DNA from: an uncultured delta proteobacterium
GTDB lineage: Bacteria; Myxococcota_A; Polyangia; Polyangiales; Polyangiaceae
Direction: 5' to 3'
DNA: 64,000 nt
Assembly (NCBI GenBank): GCA_963782055.1
Contig: CAWAIF010000003.1
Coordinates: 6,272,001 to 6,336,000, forward strand
Shown: positions 1 through 9,047 of the stretch, in pieces
Layout of the letters: the number at the start of each line of letters is the position of its first letter
Position numbering within the stretch: position 1 is the stretch's first letter
Translations under genes and position numbers: made by a program
The notes under the pieces: generated by a model
The model's database searches: none
The model's input: the letters and a program-made list of their open reading frames with translations, nothing else
Told to the model about the DNA's origin: nothing

Positions 1-1095
1 GTCCAGCAGGCGGCCCACCTGCGCCGCGAACCGCACGGGGTCGTCGGCGAGGAGCAGATCGCGCTCCGGGAGCACGTCCAGACCCTCCGCGCCGAGGGTC
101 GTGGAGACGATCGCCTTCCCCATGGCCATCGCCTCCACGATCTTCAGGCGGGTGCCCCCCCCGATGCGCAGCGGCACCACCACCACCGTGGCGCGCTCCA
201 GCCACGGTCGGAGATCGTCCACGGTCCCGGTGATCCGGACGTCCGGCCCGGCCTGGGCGAGCACCGCCTCCGGGGCCTTGCGGCCGACGATGGTGAGCGA
301 GACGCCGGGGTAGTGCGCGCGCAGCCGCGGCATCACCTCGCGGAGGAAGTACAGGATGGCGTCGGTGTTGGGGTAGTAGTCGATGGCGCCGAAGAAGAGC
401 AGCGACCGCGGCTCCCGCCGGAGCCTGTCGCCCGGCCGGAAGTAGTCCACGTCGACGCCGTTGGGCACGACCTCGGTGCGCGTGCCCGGCGCGTCGGCCA
501 GCACGTGCTGCCGGTCGCGCGGCGAGGTGACGGCGCAGCCGTCCACCCGCTCCCAGGCCGCCCGCTCCTCGCGGCGCACCTTCCGCCAGTCCACCGTGCT
601 GTAGGCGCGCCGCAGCGGGCTCGCCTCCGCCTCCGCGGTGCGCCGCACAATCTCGTACTCCACGTTGTGCTCGTCCAGACAGATCACCGGGCGTCGCCGC
701 GCGTCACCGATGCGGTAGCCCGCCATGTGCGCGAGCTCGAGCTGCACCACGTCGAAGCGGCCGGCGGCGAGCAGCCTGTCGAGCGCCTCCTGCAGCGCGC
801 GCTCGCGGTGCACGACGCGCTCGTAGCTCCACGGCGAGACCAGCGATCCGAGCTGCAGCAGGCGCTTGCGCACGCCCTCGGCGGCCCGCTTGGGTCCCGG
901 CACCGCGACCACCTCCTCGCAATATGCACGCGTCGCCTTTAGGCTCTGCTCCAGCCCCGGCTCCCCCGGGTCCACCAGGGAGAGCACCGAGACGTCGTGG
1001 GCACGCGCCAGGCCGGCCGCCAGCGCATGAATGCGCTGCTGCCCGCCGAAGCGCGGCGGGCTCGGCAGGAAGGGCGTGACCACCAGCACCCTCAG
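1..1095 (-). CDS. Glycosyltransferase family 4, runs off the left edge; exact start uncertain
   Basis: Not in the ORF track. Hand translation of the minus strand gives VLVVTPFLPSPPRFGGQQRIHAL... and ...FFGAIDYYPNTDAI...VVVVPLRIGGGTRLKIVEAMAMGKAIVSTTLGAEG, a typical GT4 C-terminal motif. Confidence 0.85.
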   Translation of the reverse strand, partial: MRVLVVTPFLPSPPRFGGQQRIHALAAGLARAHDVSVLSLVDPGEPGLEQSLKATRAYCEEVVAVPGPKRAAEGVRKRLLQLGSLVSPWSYERVVHRERALQEALDRLLAAGRFDVVQLELAHMAGYRIGDARRRPVICLDEHNVEYEIVRRTAEAEASPLRRAYSTVDWRKVRREERAAWERVDGCAVTSPRDRQHVLADAPGTRTEVVPNGVDVDYFRPGDRLRREPRSLLFFGAIDYYPNTDAILYFLREVMPRLRAHYPGVSLTIVGRKAPEAVLAQAGPDVRITGTVDDLRPWLERATVVVVPLRIGGGTRLKIVEAMAMGKAIVSTTLGAEGLDVLPERDLLLADDPVRFAAQVGRLLD

Positions 1096-1161
1096 GCGGG
1101 AGCGGGGGGCGTTGCGCGGCCCATGGGCGCGTGCTTGACTCCTTGCGAGGTCGCCGGAGCG

Positions 1162-1329
1162 ATGCGCAAGGTCATCCTGCTCTCTATCCTGCTCGCGAAC
1201 ATCGCCATCCCCCTCTGGGCCGCGCGCGAGCGGAAGGCTGGCCGCGGCCTGCGCAAGGCGCTCCTGGCGATGCTGATCTTCAACGTCGTCTACCTGGGGG
1301 CGCTCCTGATCGTCTACCCTCACCTGTAG
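1162..1329 (+). CDS. Small (55 aa) two-TM membrane protein
   Basis: MRKVILLSILLANIAIPLWAAR...ALLAMLIFNVVYLGALLIVYPHL; GGAG upstream of ATG 1162; two hydrophobic segments. Confidence 0.7.
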   Translation: MRKVILLSILLANIAIPLWAARERKAGRGLRKALLAMLIFNVVYLGALLIVYPHL

Positions 1330-1335
1330 GTTCCC

Positions 1336-1659
1336 ATGACCACCGAACGGCGGCACTTCCGCAGGCTCAGCGCTCCGGTCTTCTGGCGGCTTACCGGGTT
1401 CCGCGGGGCGCGGAGGCCCGTCGACGTGAGCCTGGGCGGGATGCGGATGTACTGCGACGACGCGCTGGACGTCGGCAAGGTGCTCGAGCTCGAGCTGCTT
1501 GCCGCCGACGACGACGAGCCGATCGAGTTCCTCGCCCGGGTGGTGTGGGTCGACGCCCTTCCCGAGGGTGGGCCCGCGCGCTTCGACGTGGGGCTTGCGT
1601 TCATCGAGCTGCCCGACGGCGCGCGGCACCGCCTCGCCGGACTGCTCTCGACCGATTGA
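1336..1659 (+). CDS. Single-domain PilZ protein (c-di-GMP receptor)
   Basis: RRHFR (RxxxR) and DVSLGG (DxSxxG) motifs; ARVVW...GLAF PilZ barrel pattern. Confidence 0.85.
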   Translation: MTTERRHFRRLSAPVFWRLTGFRGARRPVDVSLGGMRMYCDDALDVGKVLELELLAADDDEPIEFLARVVWVDALPEGGPARFDVGLAFIELPDGARHRLAGLLSTD

Positions 1660-1673
1660 CGGAGCGCCGCGCT

Positions 1674-3314
1674 TCATCGCATCGCTTCCCTTCTGGCGTC
1701 GAGCCGGATGTCGAGGACCGTGATCGAGTACGGGGGCAGCGTCGGGTCCGTCGTCCGGGCGAAGCCGGGCGCGCCGGCGCGGTAGACGTAGCGCGTGGTG
1801 GAGGCGACGTGACCGCACGTGGAGACGTCGAGCTGCGGCGCGACGGGCGTCGTCGGGTCGAGGTCGAGGAGCACCACGACCATGTGCCCGCCGGCGGCGT
1901 CGCGAGAGGCGTAGACCGAGGCCAGCGGGCTGGACGAGTCCGCGCGCACCGACCAGTCGAGGAAGCGCCCGCCGGCGCCGTCGAAGTTGCGGTAGGCACG
2001 GAAGGCCCAGAACGCCGGTGAGTCCTCGGCCGGGTAGTCCCAGTAGAAGGCGGAGGTGACGCCCTGCGCGCCGAAGGCCCCGAGCGCCTCGGCCAGCGCG
2101 AGGCCGCCGCTCATGTCTTGCTCTGCTCCGAAGTTGTACTCCCCGATGGAGATGCCCAGACCCGGCGCGTTGTCGTCGATCCACGCCTGCACGCGCGGGA
2201 TGAGCCGCATCGGCTTGCGGATCCACGACTCGTCGGCGTAGGTCGGGTCCCAGAGCGAGCGCGGCGCGCGGACGCGCCGCCCGGCAGTCGCCGGGTCGGT
2301 GCCGCCGGAGGTGCCGATGCCGATGTCGCGGCCCTGCGGGTAGAAGTGCACGTCGACGACGTCGATCAGCCGCTGGCCGCTGCGCTCCTCCGCGGCGCGC
2401 ACCTGCCGCAGCCACCACGGCAGGAGCGGCTCGCTCGCGTGGCGCGCGCGGTCCGGGTGGCCGAGGCGGTGCCGCCCGCGGTCGACGGCGGAGTCGAAGT
2501 AGGCCGGCCAGCCCCAGAGCGCCGGTCCGGCGATCACCGCGTCCGGGTCGGCGTGGCGGATGGCAGTCGCGTAGGTGATCGTGCGGCGCAACAGCTCGTC
2601 GTAGGACACCGGCTCCGGGTGCACGTCGCGGTGCGTCTCGTTCCAGAGCATCGGCTCGTTGTCGAGGATGTACATCTGCACGCCCCGCACGCCCTGCTCG
2701 TGCCCGCGCTCGCGGATGACGCGCACCCACGCGGCGATGTCCGCCGGGCGCATCGGGACGCTGGTCTGCTGCGGGCTGCCGGGCTCGATCAGCCGGCCGT
2801 CCGGCGTCACACCGTTGCCGCAGTCCGGCCGATCGAACGCCGTCGCCTCCTGCGGGCCGTAGACCGAGACGGGGAAGCCGCACGAGGTGACGTCCTTGGT
2901 CACCCAGCCGATCGTCGGCACGGTGAGCGCGGTGGCGACGCCGTGCGCGACGTCCTCGTCGATGAAGTGCTGGTACGCGGGGCCGGGCTTGTCGTCGTAG
3001 TCCACGTTCTCGTAGAACCAGTCCTTGCCCGAGTTCCACGCGTGCCCCTTCCCCCTCCAGTCGTAGCGGCTGGTGTGGTCGCCGCCCCAGCGGCGCGCCG
3101 TCGCGCCGAGCTCCCACTCCACGGGCGTCTCGTGCATCGGCAGCTCGGCGATGCCGTAGATCAGCGGGCTGATCGGGCGCGTCGCCTCGTCGCAGTGGAT
3201 GACCATCGGGACGCGCGCGAGGAGCCCCGGAGGGCGCGGCGCCGGCCGGGGGCTCCCCGGTACGAGCGACGCGGCGGCCGCGAGGACGGACATGAGCAGG
3301 AGGCGGTGCGCCAT
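1674..3314 (-). CDS. Secreted glycoside hydrolase family 44 (endoglucanase-like)
   Basis: Signal peptide MAHRLLLMSVLAAAASL; RPISPLIYG, RRWGGDHTSRYDW, YILDNEPMLWNETHRDVHP, DVHFYPQ, IGEYNFG motifs. Start reset to ATG 3314. Confidence 0.85.
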   Translation of the reverse strand: MAHRLLLMSVLAAAASLVPGSPRPAPRPPGLLARVPMVIHCDEATRPISPLIYGIAELPMHETPVEWELGATARRWGGDHTSRYDWRGKGHAWNSGKDWFYENVDYDDKPGPAYQHFIDEDVAHGVATALTVPTIGWVTKDVTSCGFPVSVYGPQEATAFDRPDCGNGVTPDGRLIEPGSPQQTSVPMRPADIAAWVRVIRERGHEQGVRGVQMYILDNEPMLWNETHRDVHPEPVSYDELLRRTITYATAIRHADPDAVIAGPALWGWPAYFDSAVDRGRHRLGHPDRARHASEPLLPWWLRQVRAAEERSGQRLIDVVDVHFYPQGRDIGIGTSGGTDPATAGRRVRAPRSLWDPTYADESWIRKPMRLIPRVQAWIDDNAPGLGISIGEYNFGAEQDMSGGLALAEALGAFGAQGVTSAFYWDYPAEDSPAFWAFRAYRNFDGAGGRFLDWSVRADSSSPLASVYASRDAAGGHMVVVLLDLDPTTPVAPQLDVSTCGHVASTTRYVYRAGAPGFARTTDPTLPPYSITVLDIRLDARREAMR

Positions 3315-4501
3315 CACGACTCTCCCTCTCGCGGCGTGCGGACCCAGCGCTTGTCGCCACGGCCGGCGCGAAGCGGCAGGGTGAGCTTCCAGGCGACGTA
3401 GATGGGCGCCCACGCCAGGCCGAGCAGACCCCGCACGCCGGTGCCGGAGAGGTGCCAGCCCCGCAGCGCGTACGCGGTGAGGGCGACGGCGCAGAGCGCC
3501 CACGGGACGACCACCACCACGAAGTGACCCGCGACCGCCCACAGGAGCACCGACGCGACCAGGCCGACGGCGGTGCCGGCCGCGAGCGTGGAGAGCGGCG
3601 GGACGATGAGGTCCATCGCGAGGTCGAAGGCGACGGCGTCGCGCCTGCGGAGCGCCCGCGCGAGCAGCCGCGGGACGACCGCGAGGGCGAAGCGGCGACG
3701 CCCGTCCTCCCAGCGCCGGCGCTGCGTGCGCGAGTGGCCCTCGGTCGCGGGCATCTCCCCGAAGACGTGCGCCTCCGGGGCGTAGACCACGCGGATCCCC
3801 CGCTCGCCGAGGCGCACGCCGTGCTCGACGTCCTCCACGACGGAGTAGGCGTCGTAGGGGACGGCGCGCAGGAGCGCGGTGGTGAACGCCATGCCGTTGC
3901 CGCGCAGCCCGCACGAGACCGCGAGCCGCTCGCGCGCCAGCGATCGCAGCCGGTGGAAGGTCGCGAAGGCGACCGCGACGAGGCGCGCGCGCCACGAGGC
4001 GTCGGGGTTTCGCACCGAGTAGTCCGCCTGCACCGCCATGGCCCCGTCCTCGATGCGCGCGGCGAAGGCGCGCAGCAGGTTGGGCGACACGACGGTGTCG
4101 GCGTCGACGACCACCACCGCGTCGGCGAGGCCCTCGCGGAGTACCTGGTCGAAGGCGTACGCCAGGGCGTGGCCCTTGCCGACGCGCGTCAGGTCGTGGC
4201 GCGGCCGCACGATGGCGCCGGCGGTGAGCGCGCAGCCGGCCGTATCGTCCTGACAGTTGTCGGCGACCACCACGACGCGGAACAGGTCGTGCGGGTAATC
4301 CAGGGCGCGGAGGCTCGCCACCGTGGCGGCGATCCCGTGCGACTCGTCGTGGGCGGGCACGATGACGTCGAAGCGCACGTGGGGTGCGCGCCCGGGCGGC
4401 GACGGTCGCCGCAAGGAGAGCGCGGTGAGCAGCGCGAGATAGCTCGCCAGCGCGAGCACCGGCACGGCGGCGAGCGCGAGCAGAACCTGGGCGAGGGTCA
4501 T
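3314..4501 (-). CDS. Glycosyltransferase family 2 (membrane-associated)
   Basis: IVPAHDE, VVADNC, GKGHAL, VVDAD, VED and QRRRW motifs; N- and C-terminal TM segments. Confidence 0.9.
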   Translation of the reverse strand: MTLAQVLLALAAVPVLALASYLALLTALSLRRPSPPGRAPHVRFDVIVPAHDESHGIAATVASLRALDYPHDLFRVVVVADNCQDDTAGCALTAGAIVRPRHDLTRVGKGHALAYAFDQVLREGLADAVVVVDADTVVSPNLLRAFAARIEDGAMAVQADYSVRNPDASWRARLVAVAFATFHRLRSLARERLAVSCGLRGNGMAFTTALLRAVPYDAYSVVEDVEHGVRLGERGIRVVYAPEAHVFGEMPATEGHSRTQRRRWEDGRRRFALAVVPRLLARALRRRDAVAFDLAMDLIVPPLSTLAAGTAVGLVASVLLWAVAGHFVVVVVPWALCAVALTAYALRGWHLSGTGVRGLLGLAWAPIYVAWKLTLPLRAGRGDKRWVRTPREGES

Positions 4502-6060
4502 GACACCGCTCCTTCTGCGCCCTGCGGCGCCGGCACGAGCCCCTCCGAGGGCACCACGCGAATGTCGGGGAGCGGTGCGGGGGCCTCCGCCGGCACCCAC
4601 GCGTGCGTCCGGACGGCGAGCTGGCTCGACACGGCCAGCGCCGGGGCCACGGTGAAGACGCTGGTCCACGTGCCCAGGCCCATGTCGCCGTAGCAGTGCA
4701 CCAGGTACACGACGATCATCGCGACGGACGCCAGCGCCGCCACCCGGTCGTCACGCAGCTCGGCGTGCAGGCACGCCCGCGCGCCGAAGAACATGCCGAC
4801 GAAGAACATGGCCCAGAGCGCGGTGAAGCCGACAATCCCGCCGTAGGCCCAGAGGCCCATGATGCTGTTGTGCGGGATGAACCGGTAGAGCGCGTAGACG
4901 TTGGAGATGTCGGGCAGCTTGACGATCTCGATGTAGCCGTGGCCGTAGCCCTCCCCGAGCAAGGGGCTCGCGCGGACGGTGTAGAAGAGGTCGTAGTTCT
5001 CCCAGTCGCGCCACTTGGCCGACATGTCCGCGCTGGAGTCGACGACCGTCCGCAGCACGTGCACCGGTCGGAAGATCGCCGCCTCCGACCCCCAGCCCAG
5101 CACGAAGTAGACGAGGAGCAGCGGGCTCGCGAGGAGGAGGGCTCGCTGGACGAGGCGCTTCGCCCGGGTCGGCGGGCTGAGCCAGAAGACCACCGCGAGC
5201 CCGACGATCAGCTCCACCCACACCATGCGGCGGTTGTTGGCGACCATGCCGGCGACCAGCAGCGGGAGCGTCACGACCGCGAGGAGCACGCGGCCCCGGG
5301 AGCGTCCGGCGAGGAGCATGATGACGACGGCGCACGCGGCCCCGGCGAAGAGCATGGAGTCGGCGTGCGTGGTGGCGTACTCCAGCTCCGCCTGGCCGGG
5401 CGGGGGCGCGATGGTGTGGCGCACGTAGATCGCCACGACCGCCTTCAGGCACGCCGCGCCGATGAGCACCTTCGCCAGGGACCATGCGTCCTTCGGCCGG
5501 AGCGCGTAGTCGAAGGCGAAGAAGACGAGCGGCAGGTAGACGACGCGCTGCACCTGCCAGAGCGAGCTCGCGACGTCGGCGCCGCCGCGGACCATGCCGT
5601 AGACCCACATCCACGTCATGCCGCCCAGCGCGACGACCACGGCGAGGCGCATCGGCCGCGCGCCCGCGATGCGCCCCGGCTTGTCGATGGGCGAGCGCGA
5701 GTACACCCGCCAGAGAAGGACGGCGAACAGATAGACCAGCACCACGTCCAGCCCGGAGAAGATGAGCGCGCGGTGGTGGAGGGTGACGTTCAGGTGCGCC
5801 AGAAGCAGCGCGCCGGCGGTGTAGAGCGGAGACTTCCACAGACCCTGCGCCGGCGCGTCGGCCGGGTTCTCCATGGTCAGCGCGAGGAAGGCGATGACGA
5901 AGAGCGGCCATCGCAGGGGCAGCCGCCACACCGCGTAGGCGAGGCCGAACACGATGGCCGGCGCCACCGCGAGCAGCGGGTTGCCGTCGCTCAGCACGAC
6001 GGCCACGAGGCTCAATGCGCAGAGGCCGACCCCGGCGAGGAGGAAGCCCAGGGACCTCAT
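4498..6060 (-). CDS. wzy: Wzy-like repeat-unit polymerase / O-antigen ligase family
   Basis: Many TM helices; NNRRMVW, SPLLGEGYG and PHNSIMGLWAYGGIVG Wzy_C-type motif; translationally coupled to neighbours. Confidence 0.75.
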   Translation of the reverse strand: MRSLGFLLAGVGLCALSLVAVVLSDGNPLLAVAPAIVFGLAYAVWRLPLRWPLFVIAFLALTMENPADAPAQGLWKSPLYTAGALLLAHLNVTLHHRALIFSGLDVVLVYLFAVLLWRVYSRSPIDKPGRIAGARPMRLAVVVALGGMTWMWVYGMVRGGADVASSLWQVQRVVYLPLVFFAFDYALRPKDAWSLAKVLIGAACLKAVVAIYVRHTIAPPPGQAELEYATTHADSMLFAGAACAVVIMLLAGRSRGRVLLAVVTLPLLVAGMVANNRRMVWVELIVGLAVVFWLSPPTRAKRLVQRALLLASPLLLVYFVLGWGSEAAIFRPVHVLRTVVDSSADMSAKWRDWENYDLFYTVRASPLLGEGYGHGYIEIVKLPDISNVYALYRFIPHNSIMGLWAYGGIVGFTALWAMFFVGMFFGARACLHAELRDDRVAALASVAMIVVYLVHCYGDMGLGTWTSVFTVAPALAVSSQLAVRTHAWVPAEAPAPLPDIRVVPSEGLVPAPQGAEGAVS

Positions 6061-7226
6061 GACTCCCCCCTCGCGGGAGGGGCGGCCATCGCCACCTCGG
6101 CGAGCGCGGGCGAGGGCGTCGGCGAGGCGCCCGAGGGGACGGGCCTGGCCCGGAGCAGGCGCCGGCGCAGCCTGGCCGCGGGCTTCTCCACCAGCTCGTG
6201 AATGAGCCAGGCGATCGCCGCCGAGATGGCGAGCGCGACGAGGGTGCGCGCGATCGGGTGCGTCGGGAGCACCGGCCGCAGGCCCTCCAGCACCACGTGG
6301 TGGACCAGGTAGAGCGAGTACGAGAGCACGCCGACGAAGGCGAGCAGGCGCGTGTTGAGCACCCGCATCGGAGCCCAGGTGGGGAAGCGCATCGCGACGA
6401 TGAAGAGCGGGTAGAGCGCCACGCCCTGGAGCGAGTAGCGGAAGGTCTCCCGGAAGCCGGGGTCGCGCAGGACGAAGGAGACGAGCAGCATGGCCGCCCC
6501 GATCGGCAGCATCACCCACTTCCACACCCGCGCGGAGAGGCGCGACGGGCCGTCGAGCATCGGGTTGCCGTGGACCGCCAGGGCGCAGCCGAAGAGGATG
6601 GAGTCGACCCGCGTGTCGCTCGCGACGTACGTGCGGTTCGGGGGCGAGTTCATCCCGTAGACGAGGACACATCGCCACGCGAGCACCAGCACGCAGAGCG
6701 TCCAGAGCACCACCGCCTGCCGGCGCCCGCCCTTCACGAAGCGGCGGAGCAAGAGGTACACGCACGGGAAGATCAGGTAGAAGTGCTCCTCCACCGCGAG
6801 CGACCAGTAGACGCCGGTGCCGGCGGGCTGGCCGTCGTAGCCGTGCCGGACGATCCAGTAGTTGGCCATGTGGAGCGTCTGCGCCGCCACCGCCTCCGGC
6901 TGGTAGCCGCCCGCGATCAGCCCGACGGTCGCCGCCAGCACCGCGAGGGCGAGCACCACGTAGAAGGGCGGCAGGATACGCAGCACGCGCCGCAGGTAGA
7001 ACCGGCGCAGGCTGCAGGTGCCGTGCGCGTCATGCTCGATGCGCAGCAGCGTCGTGATGAGGTAGCCGCTCAGGAAGAAGAAGACGGTGACGCCGAACCC
7101 GCCCGGCACGACCCAGTACAGCCCCGCGTGCGCCGCGAACACGGTGAGGAACGCCACCGCACGGATCCCGTCGAGCGACGGAACGTGGAAGGCCTCCGGT
7201 CGGGGGGACGGAGCGCGTGAAGTCAC
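6057..7226 (-). CDS. Acyltransferase family 3 (OafA-like O-acyltransferase)
   Basis: SLDGIRAVA, GVTVFFFLSGYLIT, FYLRRVLRILP, YWSLAVEEHFY, SYSLYLVH motifs. Confidence 0.9.
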   Translation of the reverse strand: MTSRAPSPRPEAFHVPSLDGIRAVAFLTVFAAHAGLYWVVPGGFGVTVFFFLSGYLITTLLRIEHDAHGTCSLRRFYLRRVLRILPPFYVVLALAVLAATVGLIAGGYQPEAVAAQTLHMANYWIVRHGYDGQPAGTGVYWSLAVEEHFYLIFPCVYLLLRRFVKGGRRQAVVLWTLCVLVLAWRCVLVYGMNSPPNRTYVASDTRVDSILFGCALAVHGNPMLDGPSRLSARVWKWVMLPIGAAMLLVSFVLRDPGFRETFRYSLQGVALYPLFIVAMRFPTWAPMRVLNTRLLAFVGVLSYSLYLVHHVVLEGLRPVLPTHPIARTLVALAISAAIAWLIHELVEKPAARLRRRLLRARPVPSGASPTPSPALAEVAMAAPPARGES

Positions 7227-8776
7227 TGGACATCGGGCTCCGGCAAGCGGGGCAGCTCGATCTCCGCGACGATGGGGCGGTCGAGCAGCCGCTCGAGCTG
7301 CCAGCGTTCCACCAGCCGTCCCCGGCGCAGGTCGGCGATCACCGCCAGCACGAGGGAGACGGCGGCCGCGGCGAGCACCCCCGCGAAGATCACCAGGGGC
7401 GCCTTCGGCTTCACCGGCTTGCGCGGCAGGTGCGCGGGCTGCACGACGGAGTAGCGGTACTTGAAGGCGGCCTTGGCGGTGTCCAGGTCGATCTGCGCCG
7501 TCTGGATGTGCGTGCGGAGCGTGGCGTAGTTGGTCATCGCCTCGCGGAGCTGGCCGCGCGCGTAGACCATGTCCGGGTCGCGGTCCTCACGAAGCTGCAG
7601 GTCCAGGCCGAGGATGTTGTCTGCGAGCGGCCGCGGCGTGGCCGGGGCGGCGCTCACCGGAGCGGGCACGTAGCGCGGGGCCGGCCGCACGCGGCCCGGC
7701 GGGTCGGCGGCGCTCGACTCTCCCCTCTTGTACTCGTCCTGCAGGCCGGCAATCTCGGTCCGGAGCGACTTCACCTGGGGCGAGTCCCCCGACACCGACG
7801 CGACGGCCTGCTCCAGGTCCACCACGGCGGGGTGGTTCTGCGTGTAGAGCGTGCGTGCGTCCGCGAGGCGCGACTGCAGCTCGGAGAGCCGGTGGTGGCG
7901 GAAGTCCTCCAGGTCGGAGAGCGTGCGCTGCTTGGCCTCGATGCGGGCCTTGAGGGCGACGCGCGCTGCGGTCTCGGCGGGGGGCGGCGCCTCGACTCGC
8001 CGCGGCGCGACGACCATGCGCGGCGCCGGGGCGGGCGTCGGCGTCCTGTCAGCGCCCGCCGGACGGGGCGGCGAGTCCTTGGCCGCTCGCAGCTTGTCGA
8101 TGGCGCTCACGGCGGTGTCCACCTCGGTCTTGGCGCTGGTGGCGTGCGACTGCAGGATGGCGATGGACTCGGAGAGGGCGGTGACCTCGTCGGCGTAGCG
8201 CGCCTCCAGGTAGTTCTGCTGGGCGGCGTCGATGATGCGGCAGGCCATGTGTGGGTCGGGCCAGTTGATGGCGATGGTGACGGTGTTGCCCCCGTCGTCG
8301 GTCCAGACCGAGAGGCGCTTCTCCAGCAGCTTGACCATGTCCTCCACGCGGTCGTCGGCGGTCTCCTTGTCGGCGCCAAACAGGCCGACGATGGCGTTGC
8401 GCGCGCGCTGCGACGGTGCGAGGTGCGCCTGGTAGTGCTCCACCAGGTTCGTCTGGTGGATGAGGGCGACGAGGCTGTCGTGACGGAGGATCGTCTCGGC
8501 GGCGGTGCCGGTGAGGGCGGTGTTGTTCCCCTCCGAGTCGCCGCGCACGGTCAGGGCGGGGTTCTTGTGCGCGAGGACCTTGGCCTGCACGTGGTAGGTC
8601 TTGGGCAGCGAGTAGAGCGCGCCCACCGTCGCGCCGACAATCGTCAGGAAGACGAGGAGGGCCATGAGCCGGTGCCGGCGCATGGAGCCCTTGAGGAACG
8701 TGTAGTAGTTGCGGGCCTGCTTGCGGTCGAAGATGGGCTCGCTCTCGATGTCATTCGCGTCGTCGGCGGAGTGCAT
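7223..8776 (-). CDS. Polysaccharide co-polymerase (Wzz/Wzc-N type) without a C-terminal tyrosine kinase
   Basis: N-terminal TM then LPKTYHVQAKVL, periplasmic coiled coil with YTQNHPAV, VVQPAHLPRKPVKP then a second TM; GAGGA RBS before ATG 8776. Confidence 0.8.
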   Translation of the reverse strand: MHSADDANDIESEPIFDRKQARNYYTFLKGSMRRHRLMALLVFLTIVGATVGALYSLPKTYHVQAKVLAHKNPALTVRGDSEGNNTALTGTAAETILRHDSLVALIHQTNLVEHYQAHLAPSQRARNAIVGLFGADKETADDRVEDMVKLLEKRLSVWTDDGGNTVTIAINWPDPHMACRIIDAAQQNYLEARYADEVTALSESIAILQSHATSAKTEVDTAVSAIDKLRAAKDSPPRPAGADRTPTPAPAPRMVVAPRRVEAPPPAETAARVALKARIEAKQRTLSDLEDFRHHRLSELQSRLADARTLYTQNHPAVVDLEQAVASVSGDSPQVKSLRTEIAGLQDEYKRGESSAADPPGRVRPAPRYVPAPVSAAPATPRPLADNILGLDLQLREDRDPDMVYARGQLREAMTNYATLRTHIQTAQIDLDTAKAAFKYRYSVVQPAHLPRKPVKPKAPLVIFAGVLAAAAVSLVLAVIADLRRGRLVERWQLERLLDRPIVAEIELPRLPEPDVQ

Positions 8777-8801
8777 GTGGGATCCTCGTTGGAGGACACA
8801 A

Positions 8802-8817
8802 AGCATGGGCCGTTCCA
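8802..8817 (-). promoter_or_regulatory. Putative sigma54 (-24/-12) promoter of the eps operon
   Basis: Minus strand TGGAACGGCCCATGCT, i.e. GG-N10-GC, about 26 nt upstream of ATG 8776. Confidence 0.55.
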
Positions 8818-9047
8818 CCAGCCCGGCCGTCGCCCCGCGCAGGCCGGCTGGTTTGCGAAATGCCACTCAACCTGCCGGGCGCTCGTGCCCTCGCCGACGC
8901 CGACAGCCGCCGCCGGCCCCCTCCCGAGCCGCCTCCGGCGCGATCCCTCTGCGGCTCCGGCGCGGACAATGCGCGAGCCGGTCGCGCCACTGGCCCACTT
9001 TCCCCTGTCTCGCGCGCGGAACGCAAAATGCAACCCGCAATGGCTCG

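Noticed and set aside
8855..8866. TGGCATTTCGCA (minus strand) as a second sigma54 promoter
   Set aside because: GG-to-GC spacing is not 10 nt.
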